Below, one piece after another: positions 21,690 through 30,896 of a DNA stretch of 64,000 nucleotides. The number at the start of each line of letters is the position of its first letter. The stretch's first letter is position 1. The notes under the pieces were generated by a model that ran no database searches, had not been told where the DNA came from, and saw nothing but the letters and a program-made list of their open reading frames with translations. The translations under genes were made by a program, and so were the position numbers. This DNA is from an uncultured cyanobacterium. GTDB lineage: Bacteria; Cyanobacteriota; Cyanobacteriia; PCC-9006; JAAUQQ01. Where the stretch lies: positions 2,944,001 to 3,008,000 of the forward strand of contig OY970368.1 in NCBI GenBank assembly GCA_963718615.1, in the 5' to 3' direction.

Positions 21690-22757
21690 ATGGTTGCCAC
21701 CCCTTCTTTACCGCCGCTCCAGTCTGACAAGGTCGCCAAGCTGCAAGAAAGCTTGCTGACCCCGCGCTTCTATACCACCAACTTTGAGGTCGCAGCGGGG
21801 CTGGATTTGTCCTCTCAAGACACCGAATTGCGGGCTATGCTGGCGGAGATGCAGGCCGATTACAACCGTCATCACTTTGTCCGGGATGCGTCGTTCGAGC
21901 AATCCTGGGAGCATATTGATGGGGTTGCTCGGCAGGCGTTCATTGATTATCTAGAGCGGTCCTGCGTTTCAGAGTTTTCGGGCTTTTTGTTATTTAAGGA
22001 ACTGTCGCGCAAACTGAAGACCGATAGCTCTCTGCTAGCAGAGATCTTTCAGCTTATGGCACGGGATGAGGCGCGTCATGCGGGTTTTTTGAATAAGGCA
22101 ATGGCGGATTTTGGGCGATCGCTAGACCTAGGCCGTCTGACCAAACAACGCACCTACACGTTTTTCCCCATTGAGTGGGTGATCTACACCGTCTATTTGT
22201 CAGAAAAAATCGGTTATTGGCGCTACATCCTAATCCATCGTCATCTGGAAAAGCACCCTGAAAACCAGTTTTACCCACTCTTCCGCTATTTTGAGCCCTG
22301 GTGCCAGGATGAGAACCGTCATGGGGATATCTTTAAAGCACTGTTGCGCTCTCAACCCTCCCTTTGGAAAGGTTGGAAAGCTCGCTTTTGGAGCCGCTTC
22401 TTCTTGTTGACAGTCTTTGCCACCCACACCTTAACGGTCCATGAACGAGCCAACTTTTATCATTCTCTGGGTCTGGATCCCACCGAATTTGATACAGATG
22501 TTGTGCGAGAAACCAATGCAACTGCGGCACGGGCCTTTCCTATGGTTTTGGATGTGGATAATCCTGCCTTTTTTGAGCGGATGCACCGTTGTTCAGCACT
22601 GAATTTGAAGATTTTGGCGATCGATAAGTCCAATGCACCGAATTGGCTAAAACGCCTGCGGAAGCTTCCCCTTCAGTTAGGTATTTTCGGGCATCTATGG
22701 GCTATTTTCTGGCTCAAGCCCGTAGATGCAGAGGCCATGCGATCGATGGTCTGCTAG
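21690..22757 (+). CDS. acsF: Mg-protoporphyrin IX monomethyl ester oxidative cyclase, probably the low-oxygen paralogue (ChlAII)
   Basis: LLTPRFYTT, EFSGFLL, DEARHAG and QDENRHGD. Confidence 0.95.
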   Translation: MVATPSLPPLQSDKVAKLQESLLTPRFYTTNFEVAAGLDLSSQDTELRAMLAEMQADYNRHHFVRDASFEQSWEHIDGVARQAFIDYLERSCVSEFSGFLLFKELSRKLKTDSSLLAEIFQLMARDEARHAGFLNKAMADFGRSLDLGRLTKQRTYTFFPIEWVIYTVYLSEKIGYWRYILIHRHLEKHPENQFYPLFRYFEPWCQDENRHGDIFKALLRSQPSLWKGWKARFWSRFFLLTVFATHTLTVHERANFYHSLGLDPTEFDTDVVRETNATAARAFPMVLDVDNPAFFERMHRCSALNLKILAIDKSNAPNWLKRLRKLPLQLGIFGHLWAIFWLKPVDAEAMRSMVC

Positions 22758-22897
22758 AACAGGAAAGTTGGAAGTGCCAATGCACTCGTAGAGCTAGGGA
22801 TTCCGAAGGCGGACATTGTGCGGGCCTACCATGCGCCCCTGCTGCGTCAGTAGGGTGATTTCATGGTGATTTCGCAGTGAGCTAATGGGCGTATCGT

Positions 22898-23614
22898 TTA
22901 GCGATCGCCCAGCACCTGCTGAACCCGCGCCGCCAATTCCCGCACCGCAGCCCGCTGCCCAATCAGCTTCGCCCGCGCAATAAACGACGGCAACTCCCGC
23001 ACCGGCAATTGCGGAAACGCCAGACTTTCTTCTGCCTCCCCATAGCCCGTCTGTTCCGCATTCAACAGATGAATCGACAACACGTCGCCTCGCAATCGCC
23101 AAATCTCTGGTACCTTCAACGCCACATAAATCGGGAATTTATCCAGCGAACCACTACTGTTATCGACCTCCACCACTAAATCCGGTGGCGGATGAATTTC
23201 AAAATCCAGCCGATCCAGCTCCCGCACCGCCGCCTCATTCTGAATATAAAAGCAGCAATCTGGCTCCAAACCTTTCCGCTGCTCCGGTTGCTTCATCGTC
23301 AGCGACCCCAAACTCAATAGCTCTAGCCCCAGCGCATCCACCATCACCCCGACAAAATGCTCAAATAAACGCGTCGGGCGCTCGTGATCGGGCAATGGAA
23401 CCATAATTTCTAAAAATCCATCTTTGTAGGCAAAACGCTGATGGCGATCGCAGCCCGTCTCCGCCAACAATCGCTCATAAGTTTCCCAGCTCACTCCCTC
23501 CAGCAGAATTCGCGTCTCCGTGGGTGCCTCAGCAGAGGAATCAGGTGACGAATCAGGTTTCGTTGGCTTGGCTAAAGCGGCAGTCATCGCGTCAGTCATC
23601 ACGGCGGCCTCCAC
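22898..23614 (-). CDS. Uma2 family endonuclease-like protein
   Basis: 'VSWETYERLL', 'EPDCCFYI', 'PPDLVVEVD' and 'VPEIWR'. Confidence 0.9.
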   Translation of the reverse strand: MEAAVMTDAMTAALAKPTKPDSSPDSSAEAPTETRILLEGVSWETYERLLAETGCDRHQRFAYKDGFLEIMVPLPDHERPTRLFEHFVGVMVDALGLELLSLGSLTMKQPEQRKGLEPDCCFYIQNEAAVRELDRLDFEIHPPPDLVVEVDNSSGSLDKFPIYVALKVPEIWRLRGDVLSIHLLNAEQTGYGEAEESLAFPQLPVRELPSFIARAKLIGQRAAVRELAARVQQVLGDR

Positions 23615-23715
23615 AGCATTCTGGCCTCATTTTAGCGACAGACCAGTATGGCGGCGATCGCACCACCAGGGGATCTGTCGCATTTCTGTTCTCTACGTTT
23701 GCCTAGATGGGTCTG

Positions 23716-25242
23716 CTAAGCGCCCACTGCCTCCTTGGCCGCGTAAAGAACCTCTGCCGTAATCGTGTCAATACCCTGCTTGCGCGCAAACTTCTCGGTG
23801 TTGCGCTTGACCTTACCCCGCACAAACCCTGGCACTCGTTTCAGCTCCACCAGACCATCAGCACTCCAGTTCAAATCGGCATTGAGCTGCACTTCCTTCG
23901 TGACCACTTCCACAGTGTCATGGCCACCAAAGATTTCCAGGAGATGATCTTCCATGCCTAGGGTAAAGGAGTTGTAGATCAAATCAACCAGTTGGTTAGC
24001 GCCTTCATAGCCGACAAAGGGACGATAGCCCACGGGGAAGTTTTGAATGTGGATCGGTGCGGCAATTACACCACAGGGAATGTCTAGACGTTTGCCCACA
24101 TGGCGCTCCATTTGAGTGCCAAAAATTGCGGCGGGTTCTAGACGGGCGATCGCATTGGCAATCTCCGCATGATCTTCGCTAATCAAGACTTCATCACAAT
24201 ATTCACTCACCTGTTCCCGGAACCAATCCGCATCATATTTGCAGTAGGTTCCCGCCATCACTACACGAATTCCCATCTCACGCGCGAGTACCTTGGTAAT
24301 CGCTGCGGCATGGGTATTGTCGCCAAAGACGACGGCTCGTTTACCCGTAAGGTTTTGGCAGTCGATGGAGCGGGAAAACCAAGCCGCTTGGGAAATGTAG
24401 CGGGTTTGGGTGTCGATAAAGGATTCGTAGTCAACCGCCGCCCCTTGGGCATTTAAGACCTGCTGAATCTTGCGAATACAGCGGGCTGTATCCACAATTC
24501 CCATGGGGGTAATGTCTACGGAGGGCGTGCCGAATTCCTGCTCTAAATACTGGGCCGTACGGGGTCCTAATTCGCGGTAGGGGATGAGGTTAAACCAAGC
24601 TCTGGGCAGCTGTTTGAGCTCTTCCACAGAAGCTTGATCCGGCAGGACGAGATTAACCGTAATACCGAGATCGGTCATGAGCTTGATCAGCTCTTTGCGA
24701 TCATGATTGTTATGAAATCCTAGGGTTGAAATTCCAATGATATTGACGGAGGGTTGCTCGGTTTTCTCCGTGGCTAGGGTGCCTTGCTTGCGGGCTTTGG
24801 CAATGTAGAACTGAACAATTTGTTCGAGGGTGCGATCGGCTGCTTGAATCTCATTCACCCGGTAGTGATTGACATCCGCCAGCAAGACATCCGCCTTGGC
24901 GTCCATCTGCGCCCGTTCGACGAAATTGGCGAGGTCTTCTTGGAGAATGCTGGAGGTACAGGTGGGGGTTAGGACAATCAAATCGGGATGTTCTTCACCA
25001 TCCTTGCGGGTGATGTTATCCACCACTTTTTCCTGGGAACCTCGCGCCAAAACATTGCGATCGACAACACTCGTAGTCACAGGGGTGAAGTCCCGTTCCC
25101 GTTCTAGCATCGATCGCATGACATTAAAATAATCGTCCCCCAGTGGGGCATGCATGATGGCATGGACGTTTTTGAACGAGCTGGCAACACGCAGCGTGCC
25201 AATGTGAGCGGGGCCAGCATACATCCAGTAGGCCAGTTTCAT
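23716..25242 (-). CDS. chlB: Light-independent protochlorophyllide reductase subunit B
   Basis: [15 protein letters not shown] start at 25242, LGMEDHLL and a C-terminal PCP-red domain. Confidence 0.97.
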   Translation of the reverse strand: MKLAYWMYAGPAHIGTLRVASSFKNVHAIMHAPLGDDYFNVMRSMLERERDFTPVTTSVVDRNVLARGSQEKVVDNITRKDGEEHPDLIVLTPTCTSSILQEDLANFVERAQMDAKADVLLADVNHYRVNEIQAADRTLEQIVQFYIAKARKQGTLATEKTEQPSVNIIGISTLGFHNNHDRKELIKLMTDLGITVNLVLPDQASVEELKQLPRAWFNLIPYRELGPRTAQYLEQEFGTPSVDITPMGIVDTARCIRKIQQVLNAQGAAVDYESFIDTQTRYISQAAWFSRSIDCQNLTGKRAVVFGDNTHAAAITKVLAREMGIRVVMAGTYCKYDADWFREQVSEYCDEVLISEDHAEIANAIARLEPAAIFGTQMERHVGKRLDIPCGVIAAPIHIQNFPVGYRPFVGYEGANQLVDLIYNSFTLGMEDHLLEIFGGHDTVEVVTKEVQLNADLNWSADGLVELKRVPGFVRGKVKRNTEKFARKQGIDTITAEVLYAAKEAVGA

Positions 25243-25699
25243 GGGTGCGTTCTCCTGTGGGTCGGTGCGTAGGTCTAGGTGAATAGGTCTAAGCGAAAAA
25301 GGGCGATCGCATTCAGGCTGGCAAACCTTAGTGCGATCGCAAACAACCAACCCGGAGTTTGCGATCATTAACCCAGTTACACTACGGGATTGGCAGTCCG
25401 GCGCAGGGCTTGGGTTCTGAAATGTTAACTCGGCAAATGAGTAATCTGGGCTTATTATGGCAGGCTGCCGAGACGATGCATCCTGGCAGTGAAAGTTCTT
25501 AACAGAACCAGACAGAAGCAGGCAGGACCAGACCTTGAGCTGAGGATTGATTTGTCAACGCCGATAAAATTCGGCCAACTGTTAGAAAAACAACCATCTG
25601 GGTCATTCTAACCATACAGTTCTTCTCCTAGAACCTTGGGAGAGTCCCCGAGCATCTGTGGTGCAGCTACAGGTAGTGATCTGAATCTTCCTGGAACCC

Positions 25700-26002
25700 A
25701 TGTCTCTAGAGCAAGCTAACGCGTTTTACCGTGCCCTCATCACCGATCCGATTCTCTACGCTCAGTATCTCAGCCACTGCAGCTATCAGCGTGCGCTGAA
25801 TGCCCCCGCCGGACGGGTCGAGCTCGCTCGTCAGTGGGATGAGACCCAAATTCTGAGTTTTGCCACAAAGCAGGGGTTTAACTTCAGCCTCGGCGATCTG
25901 TACCAGGTTTGGTTTGGCCAGCATGATTATCGCTCAGCTCATATGGAACAAGTCGGCTGGAAGCTGGGAACGCTTTCACTCCTGAGACGGCAGCTCGCTT
26001 AA
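25700..26002 (+). CDS. Nif11-like leader domain protein
   Basis: 'MSLEQANAFY..L..DP' and 'ILSFATKQGFNFSLGDL' pattern. Confidence 0.7.
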   Translation: MSLEQANAFYRALITDPILYAQYLSHCSYQRALNAPAGRVELARQWDETQILSFATKQGFNFSLGDLYQVWFGQHDYRSAHMEQVGWKLGTLSLLRRQLA

Positions 26003-26008
26003 TTCTCA

Positions 26009-26061
26009 AGCCCGTGACTTAAAACCCATGAATTAAAAGCCGTGACTTAGAGCCCGTGACT
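26009..26061. repeat. Degenerate ~14-bp tandem micro-duplication of the mutL 3' end
   Basis: gcccgtgactta / acccatgaatta / agccgtgactta / gcccgtgactt. Confidence 0.55.
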
Positions 26062-27690
26062 TTTGCCAATCACCCAATGCCGTCGGAAAAAGCGCGCTAG
26101 GCTGGTTTCCTCCAGCGCCATGTAAATCGGGCGACCGTGGGGACAGGTTTGGGGATGGCGGGTTTGTTGCCATTGATCCAAGAGGGTTTGCATGGCTTCC
26201 AGGGACAAGGGCATGCCGTTGCGAATGGCGCTGCGGCAGGCGGTGGCCACTTGGGCGGTTTGGAGGTCTCCCCCGAGACTGAGTTCTGCGATCGCCTCCC
26301 CACAATCTTCCCGCTCAGCCAGCAGCGCCGGAGCCGTGCGAATGGCCCAGAGCCCTTCCCCAAAGGGTTCCGCTTCAATTTGTAACCGCTGGAGTTGTTC
26401 GAGCTGAGCTTCGCTGAGCTGGTTGAGGATGAGCGGTGGCTTGAGGGGAATGCAGGTCCAGCGATCGCAAATCTGTTCATACAAAACCCGTTCATGGGCG
26501 ATATGTTGCTCAACCAACCAGAGGCCGGTGGGATGTTCGGCGGCGATGTAGGTGTTGTGGACTTGGGCGATGGCTTTGAGGGGGGTAAGGGGGGTCGGGG
26601 GTGATGGGGTGATTTGGCGGGAGGTGAGGTAGGAGGCTTGGGCTTCGGCGGTTTTGAGCAGTTGGCTAACGCGCTGGTTGTTGGGGTTGAGCGGGCTGTC
26701 GGCGGGGGCAAGGGTGAGGGCTTGGGCGATCGCCTCTTGGATGGCGGCCTGCCAGGTGCTGAGGTTGCGGAGATAGACCTCGGTTTTGGCGGGATGGCGG
26801 TTCCAGTCCACTTCACTAGGGTGGAGTTGTAGACGCAGGAAGGCGATGGGGAAGCGATCGCGGGGCAGACTGCGGCGCAGGGTTCCGAGGATGGTGTGTT
26901 CGAGTTCGGGGAGATGGACGCAGCGACCGTTGATGGCGATTTTGACCCAGTCAGGGCGGCGGCGATGGCAGCGATCGGGGAGGGCCAAGGTGAATTGGGA
27001 TTGGGTTGGGTTGCCTCCGACGGTGACTTCTCGCAAGTCTGATTCCGTAACGCCTCGCAGGATTTGGGGCAAAAGGGCTTGAGCGGATGAGCTGGGCCAA
27101 AGGGAAAACCAGGGTTTGTCGGTTTGTTCGATGTTCCAGGTGATCTGGGGATGGCAGAGGGCGATTTGCTGGATCGTGAGCTGGATGGCGCGGAGTTGTT
27201 GGCTGGGATTGGGGAGGGATTGGCGGCGGGCGGGCCAGTGGGCGAAGAGGTCGGTGACGGTGACGGTGGTGCCGGGGGCGATCGCCACAGCCTGGGGGTC
27301 TTGGGCTTCTCCTTCAGCGGTATAGATCACTTTCCAGCCCTGTTCAGTCTCGACGCGGCTACAAATTTCGAGCTGAGCCAGTTGGGCCAAGCTATGCAAG
27401 GCTTCTCCGCGAAAGCCAAGGCTGCGAATTTGCCAGAGGTCGTCGCTGGTGTGAATTTTGCTGGTGCTGTGAGGTTGGGCGGCGCAGTGGAGGTCAGCGA
27501 GGGAGATGCCACTACCGTTGTCGGTGACGCGCACTTGCCAATGGTCGGGCCAGACGGAGAGATAAATTCGGGTTGCACCTGCATCAATGCTGTTCTCAAC
27601 CAGTTCGCGCACGACAGCAGCCAGGGAGTCGATGACTTCTCCGGCGGCAATGCGGTGGATGGTTTCGGTGGGCAGGGACTGGATGGCCAT
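26047..27690 (-). CDS. mutL: DNA mismatch repair endonuclease MutL
   Basis: IAAGEVI, ELVENSIDAGA, GFRGEAL, QHIAHER and CPHGRP. Confidence 0.96.
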   Translation of the reverse strand: MAIQSLPTETIHRIAAGEVIDSLAAVVRELVENSIDAGATRIYLSVWPDHWQVRVTDNGSGISLADLHCAAQPHSTSKIHTSDDLWQIRSLGFRGEALHSLAQLAQLEICSRVETEQGWKVIYTAEGEAQDPQAVAIAPGTTVTVTDLFAHWPARRQSLPNPSQQLRAIQLTIQQIALCHPQITWNIEQTDKPWFSLWPSSSAQALLPQILRGVTESDLREVTVGGNPTQSQFTLALPDRCHRRRPDWVKIAINGRCVHLPELEHTILGTLRRSLPRDRFPIAFLRLQLHPSEVDWNRHPAKTEVYLRNLSTWQAAIQEAIAQALTLAPADSPLNPNNQRVSQLLKTAEAQASYLTSRQITPSPPTPLTPLKAIAQVHNTYIAAEHPTGLWLVEQHIAHERVLYEQICDRWTCIPLKPPLILNQLSEAQLEQLQRLQIEAEPFGEGLWAIRTAPALLAEREDCGEAIAELSLGGDLQTAQVATACRSAIRNGMPLSLEAMQTLLDQWQQTRHPQTCPHGRPIYMALEETSLARFFRRHWVIGKSHGL

Positions 27691-27778
27691 AGCCCGATCC
27701 TAACCGAAGGCTGGGAGAGGCTGCTATTTTAGCCTGCTATTTTCTTGGGTTTCACGCGGCTCAACCACAATCGACCGC

Positions 27779-28903
27779 TTATCCCAGACGCTGATATTGT
27801 TTTCCTGGCAACTCTGTAATCAAACCCAATAGCTCAAGTTGAACCAGCGCACTCGAAACGTTACCAGCGGGCAGTTGGGTCGTGTGAACAATGCGATCGA
27901 AAGAACAGGTTTCTGGGGCGATCGCCTCAAACACAGGTCTCAACGCCTCCGGTAAATTGGGTGGCGGTTCTGGTCGCAACGATGACTCAGCAACTGCCCC
28001 ATCCAGCGGCGGCATTGTCCCCAAGAGGCCCAGCAAATGCTCCTCATCCAAAATCACCTGCGCCCCTTGGCCAATCAGTTCCAAACACCCCCGCGCATTG
28101 CGGTTGTCCAACGTCCCCGGTACCACATAGACATCCCGGCAAAATTCATTGGCCACATTCGCCGTAATCAAAGCCCCCGATCGCGGCGGAGCCTCCACGA
28201 CAATCACCGCCCGACAAAGCCCCGCCACAATCCGATTGCGCTGGGGGAAATGGGTGCGATCGGGCTGGGTCCCCGCCGGAAATTCGCTCAGAATCAGCCC
28301 CCGCTGAGCAATATCCTGATGCAGCGCCCGGTTACGCCAGGGATAAACCACATCAACCCCGGTGCCCAAAACCGCGATCGTCCGCCCGCCCGCCTGGAGG
28401 CAACTGCTGTGCGCTTCTCCATCGATTCCTTCTGCCAATCCTGACACCACCGTAAAGCCGTTTTTCGTCAATGCTGTGCTCAGCCGTCTCGCCCAGCGGC
28501 GACCATATTCCGTGGGATTGCGCGTGCCGACGATGGCGATCGCCACCGGCTCCCCCCGCATTTCCGCTCGATCCACTGCCCCCCGGTAATATAACAACGG
28601 CGGTGGTCCCGGCAGTTCGCGCAGGAGCGCCGGATAGTCCGGGTCCGTGGGAATCCAAAACTGCGGATTGGCTTGGCAATGATTCTCGAAAAATTCCTGG
28701 GGATTCAGTTGCGATCGCGCTTCACTCACCAAGGCCAACAGTTTCGGCCCAAACCCCTCCACCCGGCCCAACTGAGTTTTCGGGGCCATCCAAGCTGCTT
28801 CGAGACTGCCAAATTCCTGATGCAAACGGCGAATCAGCACAGGGCCAACGCGGGGCATCTGTTGCCAAGCTAGCCAGTAGGGGCGATCGTCAGTCAGGGG
28901 CAT
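27779..28903 (-). CDS. dprA: DNA-processing protein DprA
   Basis: AIVGTR, VSGLAEGIDG, FPQRNRIV and SGALITA, plus a C-terminal wHTH. Confidence 0.96.
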   Translation of the reverse strand: MPLTDDRPYWLAWQQMPRVGPVLIRRLHQEFGSLEAAWMAPKTQLGRVEGFGPKLLALVSEARSQLNPQEFFENHCQANPQFWIPTDPDYPALLRELPGPPPLLYYRGAVDRAEMRGEPVAIAIVGTRNPTEYGRRWARRLSTALTKNGFTVVSGLAEGIDGEAHSSCLQAGGRTIAVLGTGVDVVYPWRNRALHQDIAQRGLILSEFPAGTQPDRTHFPQRNRIVAGLCRAVIVVEAPPRSGALITANVANEFCRDVYVVPGTLDNRNARGCLELIGQGAQVILDEEHLLGLLGTMPPLDGAVAESSLRPEPPPNLPEALRPVFEAIAPETCSFDRIVHTTQLPAGNVSSALVQLELLGLITELPGKQYQRLG

Positions 28904-29089
28904 GGGGGTGATGAGGGGATAGGGTATGGGGTGATGGGGTGATGGGCCTGACTGGGTTTAGAATTCCCAAGTTTTGGGGGTTAGATGGGGGTAAAATTGC
29001 GAAATGAGCCAGATTGGACGGTTTTCTCGCTGCCGTTTTGATTTAGGATTGAGGCAATCTGTCTTTTTGACCTGAGAGGGCGATCGCGC

Positions 29090-29476
29090 ATGGCTATGGA
29101 GTATCCCGCTGATCTTCAGTATCTGGATTCCCACGAGTACCTTCGGATTGAGGGGGATACGGCAACGATTGGCATTACAGCCTTTGCGATTGACCAGTTG
29201 GGGGATGTGGTGTTTCTAGAGTTGCCTGAGGTAGGAGATTCACTGACCCAGGGGGAAACCTTTGGCACGGTGGAATCGGTGAAAGCGGTGGAAGATTTGT
29301 ATGCGCCGATTTCGGGTGAGGTGTTGGAGCGCAACGAAGCTGCCATTGAAGCACCGGAAAGTTTGGTGGAAGATCCCTATGGGGCCGGTTGGTTGATTAA
29401 GGTGAAGCTGGAGGGCTCGGTGGAAGGGGCGATGGATGCGGCGGCCTATCAGGCGTTGGTTGAAGGCCATTCGTGA
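29090..29476 (+). CDS. gcvH: Glycine cleavage system H protein
   Basis: SHEY, VESVKAV (lipoyl Lys) and DPYGAGWL. Confidence 0.97.
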   Translation: MAMEYPADLQYLDSHEYLRIEGDTATIGITAFAIDQLGDVVFLELPEVGDSLTQGETFGTVESVKAVEDLYAPISGEVLERNEAAIEAPESLVEDPYGAGWLIKVKLEGSVEGAMDAAAYQALVEGHS

Positions 29477-30216
29477 GAGCTTTAGTGGTCGGCGCGAGTC
29501 GTGGGATTGGCTTGGGGTTTGTTCAGCAGTTGTTGGATGATCCCCAGGTGGCCTGTGTCTATGCAACCTATCGCAGCCCAGAGTCGGCCCAGGCATTGAT
29601 GGCGCTGTCCCAGTGGCAGGGCGATCGCCTGGTTTTGCTCAAAATGGATGTCACGGATGAGGACCAGATTGCCTCCGGAATTGAACAGATCAAAGCTGCT
29701 GGGTTGCCGCTGCATCTCACTATTTATTGCGTGGGCGTTTTGCATGGGGGGGAGATGCAGCCGGAGAAGAGTTTGCGATCGCTCAACCGGGAGCAACTCC
29801 TCCATTATTTTGAGGTGAATGCCATCGGCGCAGCCCTGTTGGCGAAGCATTTGATGACGGTTCTCAGGCACAAGGAACCCAGTACGTTTGCCGCGATTTC
29901 GGCGAAAGTTGGGAGTATTGGCGATAATCGGCTAGGCGGTTGGTATGGTTATCGGGCCTCGAAGGCGGCGCTGAATATGTTGATGAAAACTACGGCGTTG
30001 GAGTATGAGCGACGTTGCCCCAATACTCGGGTAGTAGTGCTCCATCCCGGCACGACAGACACGGATCTTTCTAAGCCGTTTCAGCGCAATGTGTCCCCGG
30101 AAAAGTTGTTTCCCGTAGAGCGAACGGTGGGGCAGTTGCTGGGGGTCTTGCGGCAGCTTCAGCCCGGTGATACGGGTAAGTTTTTTTCTTGGGATGGCAG
30201 CGAGTTGCCCTGGTAG
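29473..30216 (+). CDS. SDR oxidoreductase (C-factor/CsgA-like)
   Basis: GASRGIG, SAKVGSIGDN, YRASKAALN and HPGTTDT. Confidence 0.9.
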   Translation: MRALVVGASRGIGLGFVQQLLDDPQVACVYATYRSPESAQALMALSQWQGDRLVLLKMDVTDEDQIASGIEQIKAAGLPLHLTIYCVGVLHGGEMQPEKSLRSLNREQLLHYFEVNAIGAALLAKHLMTVLRHKEPSTFAAISAKVGSIGDNRLGGWYGYRASKAALNMLMKTTALEYERRCPNTRVVVLHPGTTDTDLSKPFQRNVSPEKLFPVERTVGQLLGVLRQLQPGDTGKFFSWDGSELPW

Positions 30217-30295
30217 GGTGTTCCCTGTAGAGGCATTCTGTGGCCCTTGAATTCGTGTCAGAATGGAGGGGTAGGGCGCGCAAGGATAAACCCGC

Positions 30296-30856
30296 ATGAC
30301 CCCCCGTGCCGTTCAACAGCGATTGACGTTAGAGGAGTTTCTGACCCTGCCGGAGACGAAACCTGCTTCGGAGTTTGGCAAGGGTGAAATTTGGCAGAAA
30401 CCGATGCCTCAAGGAGAACATAGCTGTTTACAGGTTGAGTTGTGTAGAGTATTGAACCAAGTCGGCCAACCGGCTCAAATTGCCTATGCTTTTTCGGAGT
30501 TACGCTGCTCGTTTGGGGGGCGATCGCTCGTTCCGGATGTGTCGGTGTTTCGCTGGGATCGCATTCCTCGGACGGAGACGGGGCGAGTGGCGAATCGTTT
30601 TTTGAGTCATCCAGATTGGGCGATCGAAATTTTGTCACCGGGACAGCGGCAAACCAAAGTATTGGAAAATTTGCTCCATTGTTCGGAGCAGGGGACGGAG
30701 TTAGGTTGGTTGTTAGATGCGGAGGAGGAGATGATTTTGGTGGTGGATGAAGCTCAGCGGGTGCGAATTGTGCAGGGAGAGGCGAGGGTGCCGACCTTGC
30801 CAGAATTAGGGTTGAGTTTGACCGTAGCCGAGGTGTTTGGTTGGCTGATGTTGTAA
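30296..30856 (+). CDS. Uma2 family endonuclease-like protein
   Basis: 'LPETKPASE', 'KPMPQGEHS' and 'PDWAIEILSP'. Confidence 0.9.
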   Translation: MTPRAVQQRLTLEEFLTLPETKPASEFGKGEIWQKPMPQGEHSCLQVELCRVLNQVGQPAQIAYAFSELRCSFGGRSLVPDVSVFRWDRIPRTETGRVANRFLSHPDWAIEILSPGQRQTKVLENLLHCSEQGTELGWLLDAEEEMILVVDEAQRVRIVQGEARVPTLPELGLSLTVAEVFGWLML

Positions 30857-30896
30857 TGCAACTCATCTGAAATCTGAATCCATTGAGGGTGCTCCC

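Noticed and set aside
26097-27732. Long alternative-frame ORFs over mutL (239 aa, 202 aa) and similar shadow ORFs over dprA, ggt and the RND gene
   Set aside because: Low-complexity shadows of GC-rich codon usage overlapping confident genes.
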